Positions 30,307-40,252 of a DNA stretch of 64,000 nucleotides are shown here, piece by piece (position 1 is the first letter of the stretch; each line of letters opens with the position of its first letter). A program made the position numbers and the translations under genes. The notes under the pieces were generated by a model. The model saw nothing but the letters and a program-made list of their open reading frames with translations, was not told the DNA's origin and ran no database searches. The DNA lies in the NCBI GenBank assembly GCA_040754455.1, contig JBFMCP010000005.1, positions 47,926 to 111,925 on the forward strand. Reading direction: 5' to 3'. Source of the stretch: Nitrospirota bacterium. Lineage in GTDB: Bacteria > Nitrospirota > Thermodesulfovibrionia > Thermodesulfovibrionales > Dissulfurispiraceae.

Positions 30307-30561
30307 ATGTCGAATATAGTAGTAATAACACTGTTTTCTTTTATTCTTAACATCCCATTCGGTTACTTCAGAAAACGTTCAAGAAAGTATTCCCTGAAAT
30401 GGTTCCTCTATATACACTTGCCTGTTCCGCTCGTCATTCTTGTCCGACTTGTTTCACATGCTGAATATAAATATATTCCTCTCTTTATTGCAGCAGCGGT
30501 GGCCGGGCAATTCTGCGGGGGGAGATTAGATTTCAACAATGATTGCAAGCTATCTGATTAG
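30307..30561 (+). CDS. Small membrane protein of unknown function
   Basis: LNIPFGYFR..SLKWFLYIHLPVP, ~3 hydrophobic segments; overlaps the next start. Confidence 0.7.
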   Translation: MSNIVVITLFSFILNIPFGYFRKRSRKYSLKWFLYIHLPVPLVILVRLVSHAEYKYIPLFIAAAVAGQFCGGRLDFNNDCKLSD

Positions 30562-31552
30562 GCCCGGCGCTATCGAAATGCGAGAAGGCGCCACCCCCGT
30601 CCCCTCAAGAGGAGAAGTACTGGTAAGGATCAAAGCCGCCCTCACCTGCGGCACCGATCTGAAGGCATTCCTGAGAGGCCATCCCATGATTCCCATGCCC
30701 GGCGTCTTCGGCCATGAATTTTCCGGGATTGTCGAGGCGGTCGGCAAAGGTGTTACCAAATTCAATCCAGGCGATGCAATTATGTCAGTCCACAGCGCGC
30801 CCTGCCTCTCCTGCCGATACTGCAAGAAGAAGCTCTTTAACCTCTGCGAGCATATCATGCAGACAAAAGCCATGGGCGCCTTTGCTGATTACATTCTTCT
30901 GCCCGCACATATCGTTAAGCAGAACATCTTCCATAAACCCGCTCATATCAGCTTTGAGGAGGCTGCTTTTCTCGAACCCCTGGCATGTGTCGTCCACGGC
31001 ATGCAGGGGCTGAAAATTGGAAAAGGCACGACGGCATTAGTTATAGGGACCGGTCCGATCGGCCTGCTCCACCTCCTGCTGTTGAAACGCAAGGGAGCAA
31101 GCGTCATCATAACCGGACTGGAACAGGAGCGGCTCAATGTGGCACAGCAGCTCGGCGCTGATATGATTGTAGCTCCATCGGAGCTCACCAGCGCTGTTCC
31201 CGAATATACCAATGGTATCGGTGTCGATATGGCATTCGAGTGTACGGGACAGATCGACGTTTGGGAGACATCGGTCAATTATGTACGGCGGGGGGGAACC
31301 GTTGTCCTCTTTGGGGGCGTGAAACAGGGCACGGTCGTCAGTTATGACACTTACCGGCTCCATTACGATGAGCTGACGTTAAAAGGTGTCTTCCATTTCA
31401 CGCCCCACGATGTGAGAGCTGCCTATGACCTTCTGAAAACAACGCTGAACGTTGCGCCGCTTATTACCGGCGCTCATCCGCTCAGGGATCTTCCCCTCGC
31501 TCTTGAAAAGCTTTCGAAAGGCGAAGGGATCAAATATGCCATAATCCCCTAG
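30539..31552 (+). CDS. Zn-dependent medium-chain (polyol-type) dehydrogenase 1
   Basis: CGTD, GHE, CLSCRYC..C, GTGPIG. Confidence 0.9.
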   Translation: MIASYLIRPGAIEMREGATPVPSRGEVLVRIKAALTCGTDLKAFLRGHPMIPMPGVFGHEFSGIVEAVGKGVTKFNPGDAIMSVHSAPCLSCRYCKKKLFNLCEHIMQTKAMGAFADYILLPAHIVKQNIFHKPAHISFEEAAFLEPLACVVHGMQGLKIGKGTTALVIGTGPIGLLHLLLLKRKGASVIITGLEQERLNVAQQLGADMIVAPSELTSAVPEYTNGIGVDMAFECTGQIDVWETSVNYVRRGGTVVLFGGVKQGTVVSYDTYRLHYDELTLKGVFHFTPHDVRAAYDLLKTTLNVAPLITGAHPLRDLPLALEKLSKGEGIKYAIIP

Positions 31553-31873
31553 ATTCGGCCAACGCCTGAGGTCACAGGGAGGTGGGGCAGTTCCCCGCCG
31601 GTCCTATGAAGTGAAATGTTATGTGCTTCGGATATCGCCGCAGATTATCAATAGCCATCCATCAGGACTGCAAAGAAGAAACCGCGAATTGTCATATTTT
31701 CTTAAAATTGCCTAAAAGCACATTCGAAGAATTTTTAAACAGAAATTGTTGTAAAATCAATCGCATAACATTTTCATATTTTGTGTTTTGTGATATTATG
31801 GATACAAAATGAGATAGTGTAACATGGCAAACACGCCCCGGAGTCCACTGGATGCACTTTATGGAGAGAGCAA

Positions 31874-32932
31874 ATGAAAGCCGCTAAACTCTACAGCTTC
31901 ACCGATATACGTATCGAGGAGATACCCATCCCAGAAGTCGGCCCGCGCGATGTATTGATCAAAACAAAGGCCTGCGGCATCTGCTCCGGCGATGTGATGC
32001 CCTGGTATATCGAAAAAAAGGCGCCTCTCGTCCTCGGCCATGAACCGGCTGGCGAGATCGTCGAGCTCGGCAAGGAACTTCTTCAGCCGCCAGCCGCCAG
32101 CCGTCAGCCATCAGCCTTTAACATAGGCGATCGGGTCTTCGTGCACCACCACGCGCCGTGTATGGCCTGTCTCTGCTGCGAGCGGGGCGACCATGTGCAG
32201 TGCGAGACCTGGCGCACCACAAAGATCGTTCCCGGCGGCATTGCCGACTATATCCTCATTCCTGAGATGAATCTGAAGCATGACACCTTAAAGCTTCCGG
32301 ATGGCATGAGCTATGAAGACGGCACGCTCGTCGAGCCCACTGCCTGCGTCGTCAAATCACTGCGGCGTGCGGCTGTCAAAAGAGGAGATACGATGCTCGT
32401 CATCGGACTGGGCGTCATGGGACAGATGCATGTGCTCCTTGCAAAGGAATTCGGAGCAAAGACGGTCATCGGCGCCGATATGATTCCTTTCAGGCTGAAC
32501 AAGGCGCTGGAGTTCGGTGCGGATCATGTCATTGATGTAGCGAAAGCAGACCTCCTCGATGAGGTCAAACAGCTCACGTCGGGGAGAATGGCGGATATCG
32601 TCATCGTCGGTCCGAACAGCGCAGCAGCAATGCAACAGGGTATCTACGCGGCTGCGGCGGGAGGAACGGTCGTGTTTTTCACCCCTGCAAAACCGGACGA
32701 GACGCTGACGCTCGATCCCAACTATCTCTACTTCAAGGACATCAGCATTGTCACGAGCTATTCCTGCGGCCCTGATGATACCAAGGAGGCACTACGACTT
32801 ATCAACAAGGGACTTGTTACGGCAGAAAAACTCGTGACGCACCGGTTCGGCATCAATGAAACAGCACAGGCCTACAAAATAACCGCCGAAGCGCGGGACT
32901 CCCTGAAATGCCTCGTCACCTTCGGCGGCTAA
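31874..32932 (+). CDS. Zn-dependent medium-chain (polyol-type) dehydrogenase 2
   Basis: CSGD, GHE, CMACLCC..C, GLGVMG. Confidence 0.9.
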   Translation: MKAAKLYSFTDIRIEEIPIPEVGPRDVLIKTKACGICSGDVMPWYIEKKAPLVLGHEPAGEIVELGKELLQPPAASRQPSAFNIGDRVFVHHHAPCMACLCCERGDHVQCETWRTTKIVPGGIADYILIPEMNLKHDTLKLPDGMSYEDGTLVEPTACVVKSLRRAAVKRGDTMLVIGLGVMGQMHVLLAKEFGAKTVIGADMIPFRLNKALEFGADHVIDVAKADLLDEVKQLTSGRMADIVIVGPNSAAAMQQGIYAAAAGGTVVFFTPAKPDETLTLDPNYLYFKDISIVTSYSCGPDDTKEALRLINKGLVTAEKLVTHRFGINETAQAYKITAEARDSLKCLVTFGG

Positions 32933-32960
32933 CGATCCCGTTGATCCTTTTACGGAGCGC

Positions 32961-33932
32961 TTACACCGGCTTGATGCAACGCGCCGTTTCCTGCAAGAGC
33001 TTCGTAACGTCGAATTTCACCAGGTAGCCCTCGGCGCCGACGCTCTTCGCCTTCTCCTTGTTTTCCTCGCCGCTGAGTGAGGTGTTGATGATGATCGGTA
33101 TTGTCTGCAGCTTGGGATTGTTCTTTACATTCTTGGTAAAGGTGAGCCCGTCCATCTCGGGCATCTCCACATCGGAGATGATCAGCTGCACAAAGCTGGT
33201 AATGGGCTGGTCGCCGATCTTCGGGAGGAAATCATTGAGGATATCCAATGCCTGCTTACCGTCCTGCGCCTCGATGACATGGAGCCCTGCGTTTTCGAGG
33301 GTATCTTTGAGAATTCTTCTGGCGACGCCGGAATCATCGGCGATCAGTACGGTGCCCTTCAGCCTCTTCTTCTCGACCTTCTCTATTTCTTCGAGCGCTA
33401 TTTCGTGCTTCGGTACAAAGCCGCCCATCTCCGAAATAATGCTTTCGAGGTCGAGAATAAGCAGCAGCGATTCGGAATCCTCGTCGAGCTTTGTTACGCC
33501 GGTAATCCTGCCGCTGTGCTTTGCCTGGAGCATGGAGGGCGGGGGCTTTATCTGATCCCACTTGACGCGCCGTATCCGCTCCACGTCATGGACGATCATG
33601 CCGACCGTATTGCCGAACATTTCAAGGACGATCACCTTGAGCCGTATATCCATAGAGGAAGGAGGGTTTATCTGCATCCATTTGCCGAGGTCAACAACCG
33701 GGATCACCTCGCCGCGCACCTCGGCAAGGGCCTCGGCATAGGCGGGCATATCAGGCACTTTGGTAAGGGTTGGCATAGGGATGATCTCCCTTACTTTTGC
33801 CACGTTCACTCCATAATCAAGGACTTCCTGGGTGCCGTCAGGATGGGTACCGTACATCCTGAAGACTACGAGCTCCATTTCATTGGTCCCGACTTTCAAG
33901 ACTTCCGGCAAAGCACCTGCGTTCTGAGCCAT
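32961..33932 (-). CDS. cheV: Chemotaxis protein CheV (CheW + receiver)
   Basis: YGVNVAKVREI, ADDS, SDVEMPEMDG, TSLSG, VKF; start 33932 after SD GGAGG. Confidence 0.92.
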   Translation of the reverse strand: MAQNAGALPEVLKVGTNEMELVVFRMYGTHPDGTQEVLDYGVNVAKVREIIPMPTLTKVPDMPAYAEALAEVRGEVIPVVDLGKWMQINPPSSMDIRLKVIVLEMFGNTVGMIVHDVERIRRVKWDQIKPPPSMLQAKHSGRITGVTKLDEDSESLLLILDLESIISEMGGFVPKHEIALEEIEKVEKKRLKGTVLIADDSGVARRILKDTLENAGLHVIEAQDGKQALDILNDFLPKIGDQPITSFVQLIISDVEMPEMDGLTFTKNVKNNPKLQTIPIIINTSLSGEENKEKAKSVGAEGYLVKFDVTKLLQETARCIKPV

Positions 33933-34042
33933 GTTGCCTCCATTATGCTTACTTTTCAAAAGATTTTGACCGGCTGCCCGTATATGTATATATGTATAAT
34001 CGGGTTTTTGCATGAAAATCTTGAATTGATTTATAATGTGCT

Positions 34043-34543
34043 ATGGCAAAAATGAAAAACAGAGCAACTACTCAGGAAAACACCGCCCCGTCCTGCGACT
34101 GGAGACGTCCGACAAAAAGAGCGGTAGACGGTAACAAGAACCGCCTTTGCAAGCACAAAGGGGCATTCACCTGGAGCGGCGTCAAAACCGATCGTTACAA
34201 GCAGAAAGAGGGGGGGTGGTCATCAATCGTAAGAAATGTGCTTATCGGCGAAAACGGAGAGACCGCCCGATTCCATCTGCGCTATTTCGAGATTGCGCCA
34301 GGCGGCTTCAGCAGCCTTGAACAGCACCGCCACGAGCACGTCGTGGTATGCATACGCGGCAAGGGAAAAATCAGAATGGGGCGAAAGGTACATACCATCA
34401 ATTACCTCGACACCGCCTATGTAGCGCCCGACACGGTCCACCAGTTAACAAATCCCTACGACGAGCCGTTCGGCTTTTTCTGCATCGTGAATGCAAAACG
34501 GGACAGGCCGAAGCTGGTTAAAGCCGCATCAAAAAGAAAATAG
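34043..34543 (+). CDS. Cupin resembling 1-methylthio-D-xylulose-5-phosphate methylsulfurylase
   Basis: FTWSGV..YK, LRYFEIAPGGFSSLEQHRHEH, HQ, PFGFFCIVNAKRDRP; the cupin fold is secure, the specific family is from recall. Confidence 0.7.
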   Translation: MAKMKNRATTQENTAPSCDWRRPTKRAVDGNKNRLCKHKGAFTWSGVKTDRYKQKEGGWSSIVRNVLIGENGETARFHLRYFEIAPGGFSSLEQHRHEHVVVCIRGKGKIRMGRKVHTINYLDTAYVAPDTVHQLTNPYDEPFGFFCIVNAKRDRPKLVKAASKRK

Positions 34544-34588
34544 CCCATCGCACCCATATCGCAGCACCATACGCATAAACAATCCTTA

Positions 34589-35893
34589 TCACTTTACCAG
34601 GTTCGACAATACCAGCACCGTCCAGTACGGCGAGATCATGAGGATGGCAATAGCAATAAGATACGAAGGAATATAATAGAAGCCTCCCTTGAAGACCGTG
34701 GCAAGAGGAATGTCCGCCATGCCGGCGACGACATAGCAACATATGCCGATCGGCGGCATGATCGAGCCCATGGTCGTCACAATCGTGATCACTTGGCCGA
34801 ACCAGACCGGATCGTATCCCATCTGTATCACCAGGGGATAGAAAATCGGCAGCGAGATGAGCAGAAACGCAAGGGCATCCATAACGCACCCGCCGATAAT
34901 ATAAAAGAACAGGATGACCCAGAGCACCACCCATTTCGGCAGGGCGAGGGCACCGATCCACGCCGCTGCCTCGAAGGGCAGTCTCGTCAGCGTGAGAAAA
35001 CGACCGAAGATGACCGCGCCGGCAACGATCATAAAGACCATACAGGAAATTCGTAGGGTATCGACAATCGAGGACTTAAACCCTTTCCACGAGAGCTTGC
35101 CCCGTGCAACACAGATGATGAGGGCAAGGGTGCAGCTCGCTGCTGCTGCCTCGGTCGCTGTCACCACGCCGGTAAAAAGCGCGATCATGATAATGGCGAA
35201 CAAAACAAGAATATCCAGAGCTTCAGGGAGCGCCTGCAACCGCTCTTTCCATGAGCTCCTCGGTCCCTTGGGCCCCCAATCAGGATGACGATAGCAAACG
35301 AAGAATACTGTCGCAGCAATTAAGACGGTAAGAATCGCACTGGGAATAACATTTCCGTAAAAGAGCTTGCCTATGGACTGTCCGGTATAGAGGCCGTACA
35401 CCACAAGCACAATGCTCGGGGGAATAAGAACACCAAGCGTTGCTCCGGCGGCGACAGCCCCGGCATTGAGGGTGGGATGATAGTTGTACTTTTTCATTGC
35501 TGGGATCGCCACGGCACTCATGGTTGCGGCAGTCGCCGTATTGGAGCCGCTGATGGCGGAAAAGGCAGCGGACGCCATGATCGTCGTAATGGCGAGGCCG
35601 CCGCGATAGTGGCCGAACCACCGGTAGGTTGCATAGTACAAACTGTTGTTGTACCCTGCGTAATGAACAAACTCACCGACGAGAATAAAAAGCGGAATAA
35701 CAGTGAGGCCGTAATTGGAAAAAATATTCCAGAGTTCCGAGCCGATCAGGCCGAAGGCGGCTTGCCATGAGGTAACGTACGCAATTCCGGCGAAGCCTAC
35801 CAGCGCCATGGTAAAGGCCGCCGGTATCCTGAGCAGGAACAGGACGGCAAACATGATGACAATGCCCCAGATGCCGACGAGAGGACCGCTCAC
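34589..35893 (-). CDS. dctM: TRAP transporter large permease
   Basis: IPLFIL, ISGS, LIPPS, TATEA, PPIG. Confidence 0.93.
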   Translation of the reverse strand: MSGPLVGIWGIVIMFAVLFLLRIPAAFTMALVGFAGIAYVTSWQAAFGLIGSELWNIFSNYGLTVIPLFILVGEFVHYAGYNNSLYYATYRWFGHYRGGLAITTIMASAAFSAISGSNTATAATMSAVAIPAMKKYNYHPTLNAGAVAAGATLGVLIPPSIVLVVYGLYTGQSIGKLFYGNVIPSAILTVLIAATVFFVCYRHPDWGPKGPRSSWKERLQALPEALDILVLFAIIMIALFTGVVTATEAAAASCTLALIICVARGKLSWKGFKSSIVDTLRISCMVFMIVAGAVIFGRFLTLTRLPFEAAAWIGALALPKWVVLWVILFFYIIGGCVMDALAFLLISLPIFYPLVIQMGYDPVWFGQVITIVTTMGSIMPPIGICCYVVAGMADIPLATVFKGGFYYIPSYLIAIAILMISPYWTVLVLSNLVK

Positions 35894-36384
35894 TGGTGCT
35901 CTCCCTCGTTCCTCTGGAAGGTCTTCAGGAAATCGACGACAAGCGTAAAGGTCTGCACGGCAAACCCGAGGGCAACGCAGAAGATAAAGGGATAGAAGAC
36001 AATCTGCAGCGTCTCGGAGAGCTCGCCTGCTTCCCTGATCTTCTGCCCCCAGCGGTATACCTGCCAGGTGATGACAGCGAAGAGGACTGCGGTAATGAAA
36101 TAGTTGAAGCGGTCGAGGGCCTTCTTCACCGGCGGGGGAAACTTATCCGTCAGGATATCGACGACAATATGGTCCTTCTTTTCCTGGGTAAACCCGAGCG
36201 CAAAAGCGGTAACGAGCGCGCCGAGAAAGGCGACGACTTCATACGTCCCTCTGAAAGGTGCATGGAAAATCCTGGAGAGCACGTTTCCCGTAGCAAGAAA
36301 GGTGAGGCACAACAGCGCTGCCCCGCCCAGAACTATCAGGAGTCTGTTGAGATATTTGCTTATTTTTTCGAGGAGTAAAAGCAT
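35890..36384 (-). CDS. dctQ: TRAP transporter small permease
   Basis: 4 TM, HIVVD motif. Confidence 0.9.
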   Translation of the reverse strand: MLLLLEKISKYLNRLLIVLGGAALLCLTFLATGNVLSRIFHAPFRGTYEVVAFLGALVTAFALGFTQEKKDHIVVDILTDKFPPPVKKALDRFNYFITAVLFAVITWQVYRWGQKIREAGELSETLQIVFYPFIFCVALGFAVQTFTLVVDFLKTFQRNEGEHQ

Positions 36385-36427
36385 TCTTTGTAAATTTGCA
36401 CCATTCTTATTGACAATCGAGGGAATA

Positions 36428-36491
36428 GAAAAGCCAGCAGTCGAAATGAATAATATCTTTTATTCTGACTTCCGGCTCCTGAATTCTGACT
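36428..36491. repeat. Heptamer-periodic repeat (AGGAGYC type)
   Basis: TTCTGAC TTCCGGC TCCTGAA TTCTGAC with a degenerate left arm. Confidence 0.65.
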
Positions 36492-36493
36492 TT

Positions 36494-37528
36494 TTATTTG
36501 TGCTGCTTCTCGTATTTCTTCTTCAGCAGATTCACGTCTTTGACGATCTGATCTCCGGGCAACCCGAGGGCGTTCACCTTCTTGATGTATTCACCGACCA
36601 TCGGGTGCAGCAGCTTCTGAATCTCGGCCCTGTCTTTTGCCGGCAGCTGGATCACCTGGTGCTTGTATTCCTTCCTTGACCACTCGAGCGCCTCTTTTAC
36701 ATGTTTGTCGACATAATCGCCGGTCCAGAGCGCCTGCTCTTTCCTCAGGTCATCGATGACTTTTTTGACATCAGCGGGGAGGCTGTTCCACTTCTCCTTG
36801 TTCATTACGACTGCAAAAGAGACGACAGGAAGCTCTGCAATAGTTGCATACGGGGTATAGGCCGCAAATTTGAAGTCCTGCAGTATTTCGAGCGATGAGA
36901 GCATGCCTTTCACGACACCTTTCTGCAGCGCTTCGGGCACCTCTGATTGCGGCATGGCCACCGGGATGCCGCCGAGGCGTTTCACTACCTCTGCTCCCGT
37001 AGCCGCTGCACGCACCTCCATTCCCTTCAAATCAGCCAGTGATTTCACCGGCGTTTTGGTCATGAGATTGGTCGGCGGGCAGGTAAACAGCGTAATGATT
37101 TTAACCTTCTCGAATTCCTTCGGATTATATTTCTCGATGAGATCATAAAGCACAAGGCTCGCAACCTTTGCACTCTTGAAGCCGACCGGAAGATCGACCG
37201 CCTCGGATACGGGGAAGCGGCCCGGCTGATAGCTCATCGCAAAGTTACCGATATCGGCTGCCCCGGAAATGACGCCGTCGAAAATGTTCTTTGCCGGGAG
37301 CAGCGTGCCGCCGGGGAATGTCTGGACCTTCACTTTCCCCTTTGTCCGCTTCTCCACCTCTTTGGCCCAGCGTTCCATCTGCACGCTCGGAAAGGTCGAT
37401 GCAGGAGGGAAATTGGCATACGTAAGGGTTATGACCTGCTCCGCCGATGATGTCACCGGCGCCATAAGGAGAGCACCCAGAAGAGACATCAGTGCCGTAG
37501 CAACCACTGCAGCTTTCTTGATATCCAT
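36494..37528 (-). CDS. dctP: TRAP transporter solute-binding protein
   Basis: Signal peptide, FPGGTL, DLKGMEVR, EALQKGVV. Confidence 0.92.
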   Translation of the reverse strand: MDIKKAAVVATALMSLLGALLMAPVTSSAEQVITLTYANFPPASTFPSVQMERWAKEVEKRTKGKVKVQTFPGGTLLPAKNIFDGVISGAADIGNFAMSYQPGRFPVSEAVDLPVGFKSAKVASLVLYDLIEKYNPKEFEKVKIITLFTCPPTNLMTKTPVKSLADLKGMEVRAAATGAEVVKRLGGIPVAMPQSEVPEALQKGVVKGMLSSLEILQDFKFAAYTPYATIAELPVVSFAVVMNKEKWNSLPADVKKVIDDLRKEQALWTGDYVDKHVKEALEWSRKEYKHQVIQLPAKDRAEIQKLLHPMVGEYIKKVNALGLPGDQIVKDVNLLKKKYEKQHK

Positions 37529-37672
37529 ACACTACCTCCCTGTTTGTTTACTGGTAAGTTTTTTTTGCAAAAGCAGCGCGTTATCATATCATGTTTGCAT
37601 GCCTTTTGCCCACCTCACAGGCGCTGAAGTGATGATTTCATCAGCCTGCGCTCCCACATTGAAGGTGTTTGC

Positions 37673-37740
37673 TTGACAAGCTTTCTTAAAGGAACGTAGT
37701 ATAAAAGCTCATCCCATGTACTGCATTTTGCGTGGCAAAA
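37673..37740 (+). promoter_or_regulatory. ior promoter and downstream palindrome
   Basis: TTGACA-18-TAGTAT; TTTTGC-GTG-GCAAAA at 37726-37740. Confidence 0.5.
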
Positions 37741-37774
37741 ACGTAAACTATCCTTATTTCGGAGCGTTTCTGGA

Positions 37775-39592
37775 GTGAATAACCGCATTCTGATGATGGG
37801 CAACGAGGCGATTGCGCGGGGACTCGTCGAGGAAGGCTGCTCCCTTGCAACATCCTATCCGGGCACACCTGCCTCCGAGATACTCCCCGGTATCGCAAAA
37901 TGGAAAAGCGAGCTCTCCCTCCCGCTCCATGTCCAGTGGGCGGTCAATGAAAAGATCGCCTTCGAAATCGCCTATGCAGGGAGCATCGCCGGGCTCCGCA
38001 CCGCCGTAAGCATGAAGCAGGTCGGGCTCAGTGTCGCATCGGACCCGCTCATGAGCGCTGCCTACATGGGCGTAAAAGGCGGATTCATCATTATTAGCGC
38101 CGATGACCCGGGGCCCCACTCATCGCAGACGGAGCAGGACAGCCGTCTGATGGCGATGTTTGCCAAAGTCCCGGTGCTCGATCCCTCAACTCCCCGGGAG
38201 GCAAAAGAATGCATCGCGCTCGCCTATGAGCTCTCCGAAGCGTTCGAGATACCGGTTCTGCTGCGCCCTACCACACGGGTCTGCCATGCATCGCAGGATA
38301 TAGCCCTGGGAGAAATTCATACCATCAATCGGGAGCGCGGCTTTCAAAAGGAACCTGCCCGCTGGGCGGCAACACCGAAATTCCGCTACCTGCTGCATCG
38401 CGCCCTGAATGACAAGCTCGCCGCCATAGCCGGCTGGCAGAAGACCGCCCCGAGACTGCTCAACCCGGACGTAACATCGACAAAAGCAATCGTCACCAGC
38501 GGTGTCGCAGCAGCGCATACCAGGGATATCATGGGTGACCTCGAGCTCTGGGAAAAGGTTGCCGTATACCAGGTCATTCAGCCCTATCCGCTCCATACCG
38601 GATTCATCAGCATGCTCCTCAAAACGTATAATGAAATTCTCGTACTGGAGGAAACAACAGGCGTCATCGAAATGCAACTCGCACGCCGTGACAAAATCCG
38701 CGGCAAGATGGCCAGTGCGGTGCCTGAGGCAGGAGAACTGCTGCCGGAGGTTATCGAACAGCTCATCGCTGATTTTGCGCAGGTCACACGCCGACCGCTC
38801 CCGGCACCGCCGGCCGTTCCCGGGAGAAGACCGAGCCTCTGTCCGGGATGTCCCCACCGGGCGAGCTTTTTCGCCATTAAAAAGGCGATACCGCACAGCA
38901 CGAGCATTTATGCAAGCGATATCGGGTGCTATACGCTCGGGCTGAACCTCGGCGCTATCGATACCTTCCTCTGCATGGGGGCATCGATCAGCGAGGCTGC
39001 AGGCTTCTACCACGCCTATCGTCAGATGAACAAGGAAACCAATATCGTCGCGACCATTGGAGATTCGACTTTTTTCCATGCAGGCATTCCGGCACTGGTC
39101 GATGCGGTTGTGCAGGATGCCCGTTTTGTCCTTGTCATTCTCGACAATTCGACCACTGCCATGACCGGGAACCAGCCGACTCCCGCAACAGGGGTTGGTG
39201 CATGCGGCGATGCAACGAGCAAGGTTGCGATCGAAGATATCGTCAAGAGTTGCGGAGTGACGTTCTGCGAGATAGGCAATCCTTATCTCCTGCCTGAGTT
39301 CACCGACCTTCTCAAGAAGGCGAACAAGCACAGCACAACAGAAGGGCTTGCGGTGGTCATTGCGCGTTATCCCTGCCTGGTCGATAAACGGAGCAAAGGC
39401 AGCCGATTACCCGGCGCTCCCATAACCATTTCCGAAGAGTGTGACGGCTGCAGGTACTGCGTCAAGGAATTCGAGTGCCCTGCCCTTGAATTTGATGAGC
39501 AGACGAAGAAGACCCATGTTAATACATTGCTGTGCACCGGGTGCGGCATCTGCATCCATGTCTGTCCCAAAAAAGCAATCGGGAAAGGATAA
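37775..39592 (+). CDS. iorA: Indolepyruvate:ferredoxin oxidoreductase alpha subunit
   Basis: GNEAIARG, YPGTP, SSQTEQD, CPGCPH, GDSTF, AMTG, C-terminal ferredoxin. Confidence 0.95.
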   Translation: MNNRILMMGNEAIARGLVEEGCSLATSYPGTPASEILPGIAKWKSELSLPLHVQWAVNEKIAFEIAYAGSIAGLRTAVSMKQVGLSVASDPLMSAAYMGVKGGFIIISADDPGPHSSQTEQDSRLMAMFAKVPVLDPSTPREAKECIALAYELSEAFEIPVLLRPTTRVCHASQDIALGEIHTINRERGFQKEPARWAATPKFRYLLHRALNDKLAAIAGWQKTAPRLLNPDVTSTKAIVTSGVAAAHTRDIMGDLELWEKVAVYQVIQPYPLHTGFISMLLKTYNEILVLEETTGVIEMQLARRDKIRGKMASAVPEAGELLPEVIEQLIADFAQVTRRPLPAPPAVPGRRPSLCPGCPHRASFFAIKKAIPHSTSIYASDIGCYTLGLNLGAIDTFLCMGASISEAAGFYHAYRQMNKETNIVATIGDSTFFHAGIPALVDAVVQDARFVLVILDNSTTAMTGNQPTPATGVGACGDATSKVAIEDIVKSCGVTFCEIGNPYLLPEFTDLLKKANKHSTTEGLAVVIARYPCLVDKRSKGSRLPGAPITISEECDGCRYCVKEFECPALEFDEQTKKTHVNTLLCTGCGICIHVCPKKAIGKG

Positions 39593-39594
39593 CA

Positions 39595-39668
39595 ACAGTG
39601 CCAATGCCAGTTGACAACAGAACAGAGCAATATCCCCTTTTAAACTGACACTAACCACTGACACTGAT
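39595..39668. repeat. Short-period inverted repeat between iorA and iorB
   Basis: CAGTGC CAATGC CAGTTGA ... CTGACA CTAACCA CTGACA CTG. Confidence 0.5.
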
Positions 39669-39676
39669 ACTAAAAG

Positions 39677-40225
39677 ATGAGACAACAAATATTATTGAGC
39701 GGCGTCGGGGGACAGGGAATCCTCTTCATTACCCGCCTGCTCGCAGAGGCAGCCATCTACAAAGGTTTTCCTGTGTTGACTTCTGAAACGCACGGTATGG
39801 CCCAGCGCGGCGGCACCGTGCTGTCCCATTTGAAGGTGGGACCTTTCACCAGTCCTTTGATCCGCCCCGGCCAGGCTGACGGCCTGATCCTCTTGAAGGC
39901 GGAAAACCTCGCCCGGCACCGGTTCTTTCTGAAGCCGGGAGGATGGATTGTGGTAAATGCACCGTCCCGCCCCGAAGGCGCTGAAGATATTTACTGGATC
40001 GATGCCGATACACTTGCGGAACAGACCGGCAATCATCAATCGGTCAATCTGATTGTGCTTGGATGCGCTCTTTCCCGCGTCGAGCAACAGTCGAAGGGAC
40101 AGCACTCTTTGTTTTATTCTCTCAACGATGTCACTGCTGTCCTGCGTCAGCGCCTGGCGCAACGAGAAAGGCTCCTCAACAACGCCCTCCATGCCCTCAC
40201 GCTGGGGGCCGAAGAGGGGAAATAA
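39677..40225 (+). CDS. iorB: Indolepyruvate oxidoreductase beta subunit
   Basis: GVGGQG, ETHGMAQRGG. Confidence 0.93.
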   Translation: MRQQILLSGVGGQGILFITRLLAEAAIYKGFPVLTSETHGMAQRGGTVLSHLKVGPFTSPLIRPGQADGLILLKAENLARHRFFLKPGGWIVVNAPSRPEGAEDIYWIDADTLAEQTGNHQSVNLIVLGCALSRVEQQSKGQHSLFYSLNDVTAVLRQRLAQRERLLNNALHALTLGAEEGK

Positions 40226-40252
40226 TTTGACCATACACGGAGGAGAAGGCAC

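Noticed and set aside
37560..37620. sigma54 promoter for dctP
   Set aside because: GG-N10-GC spacing not satisfied
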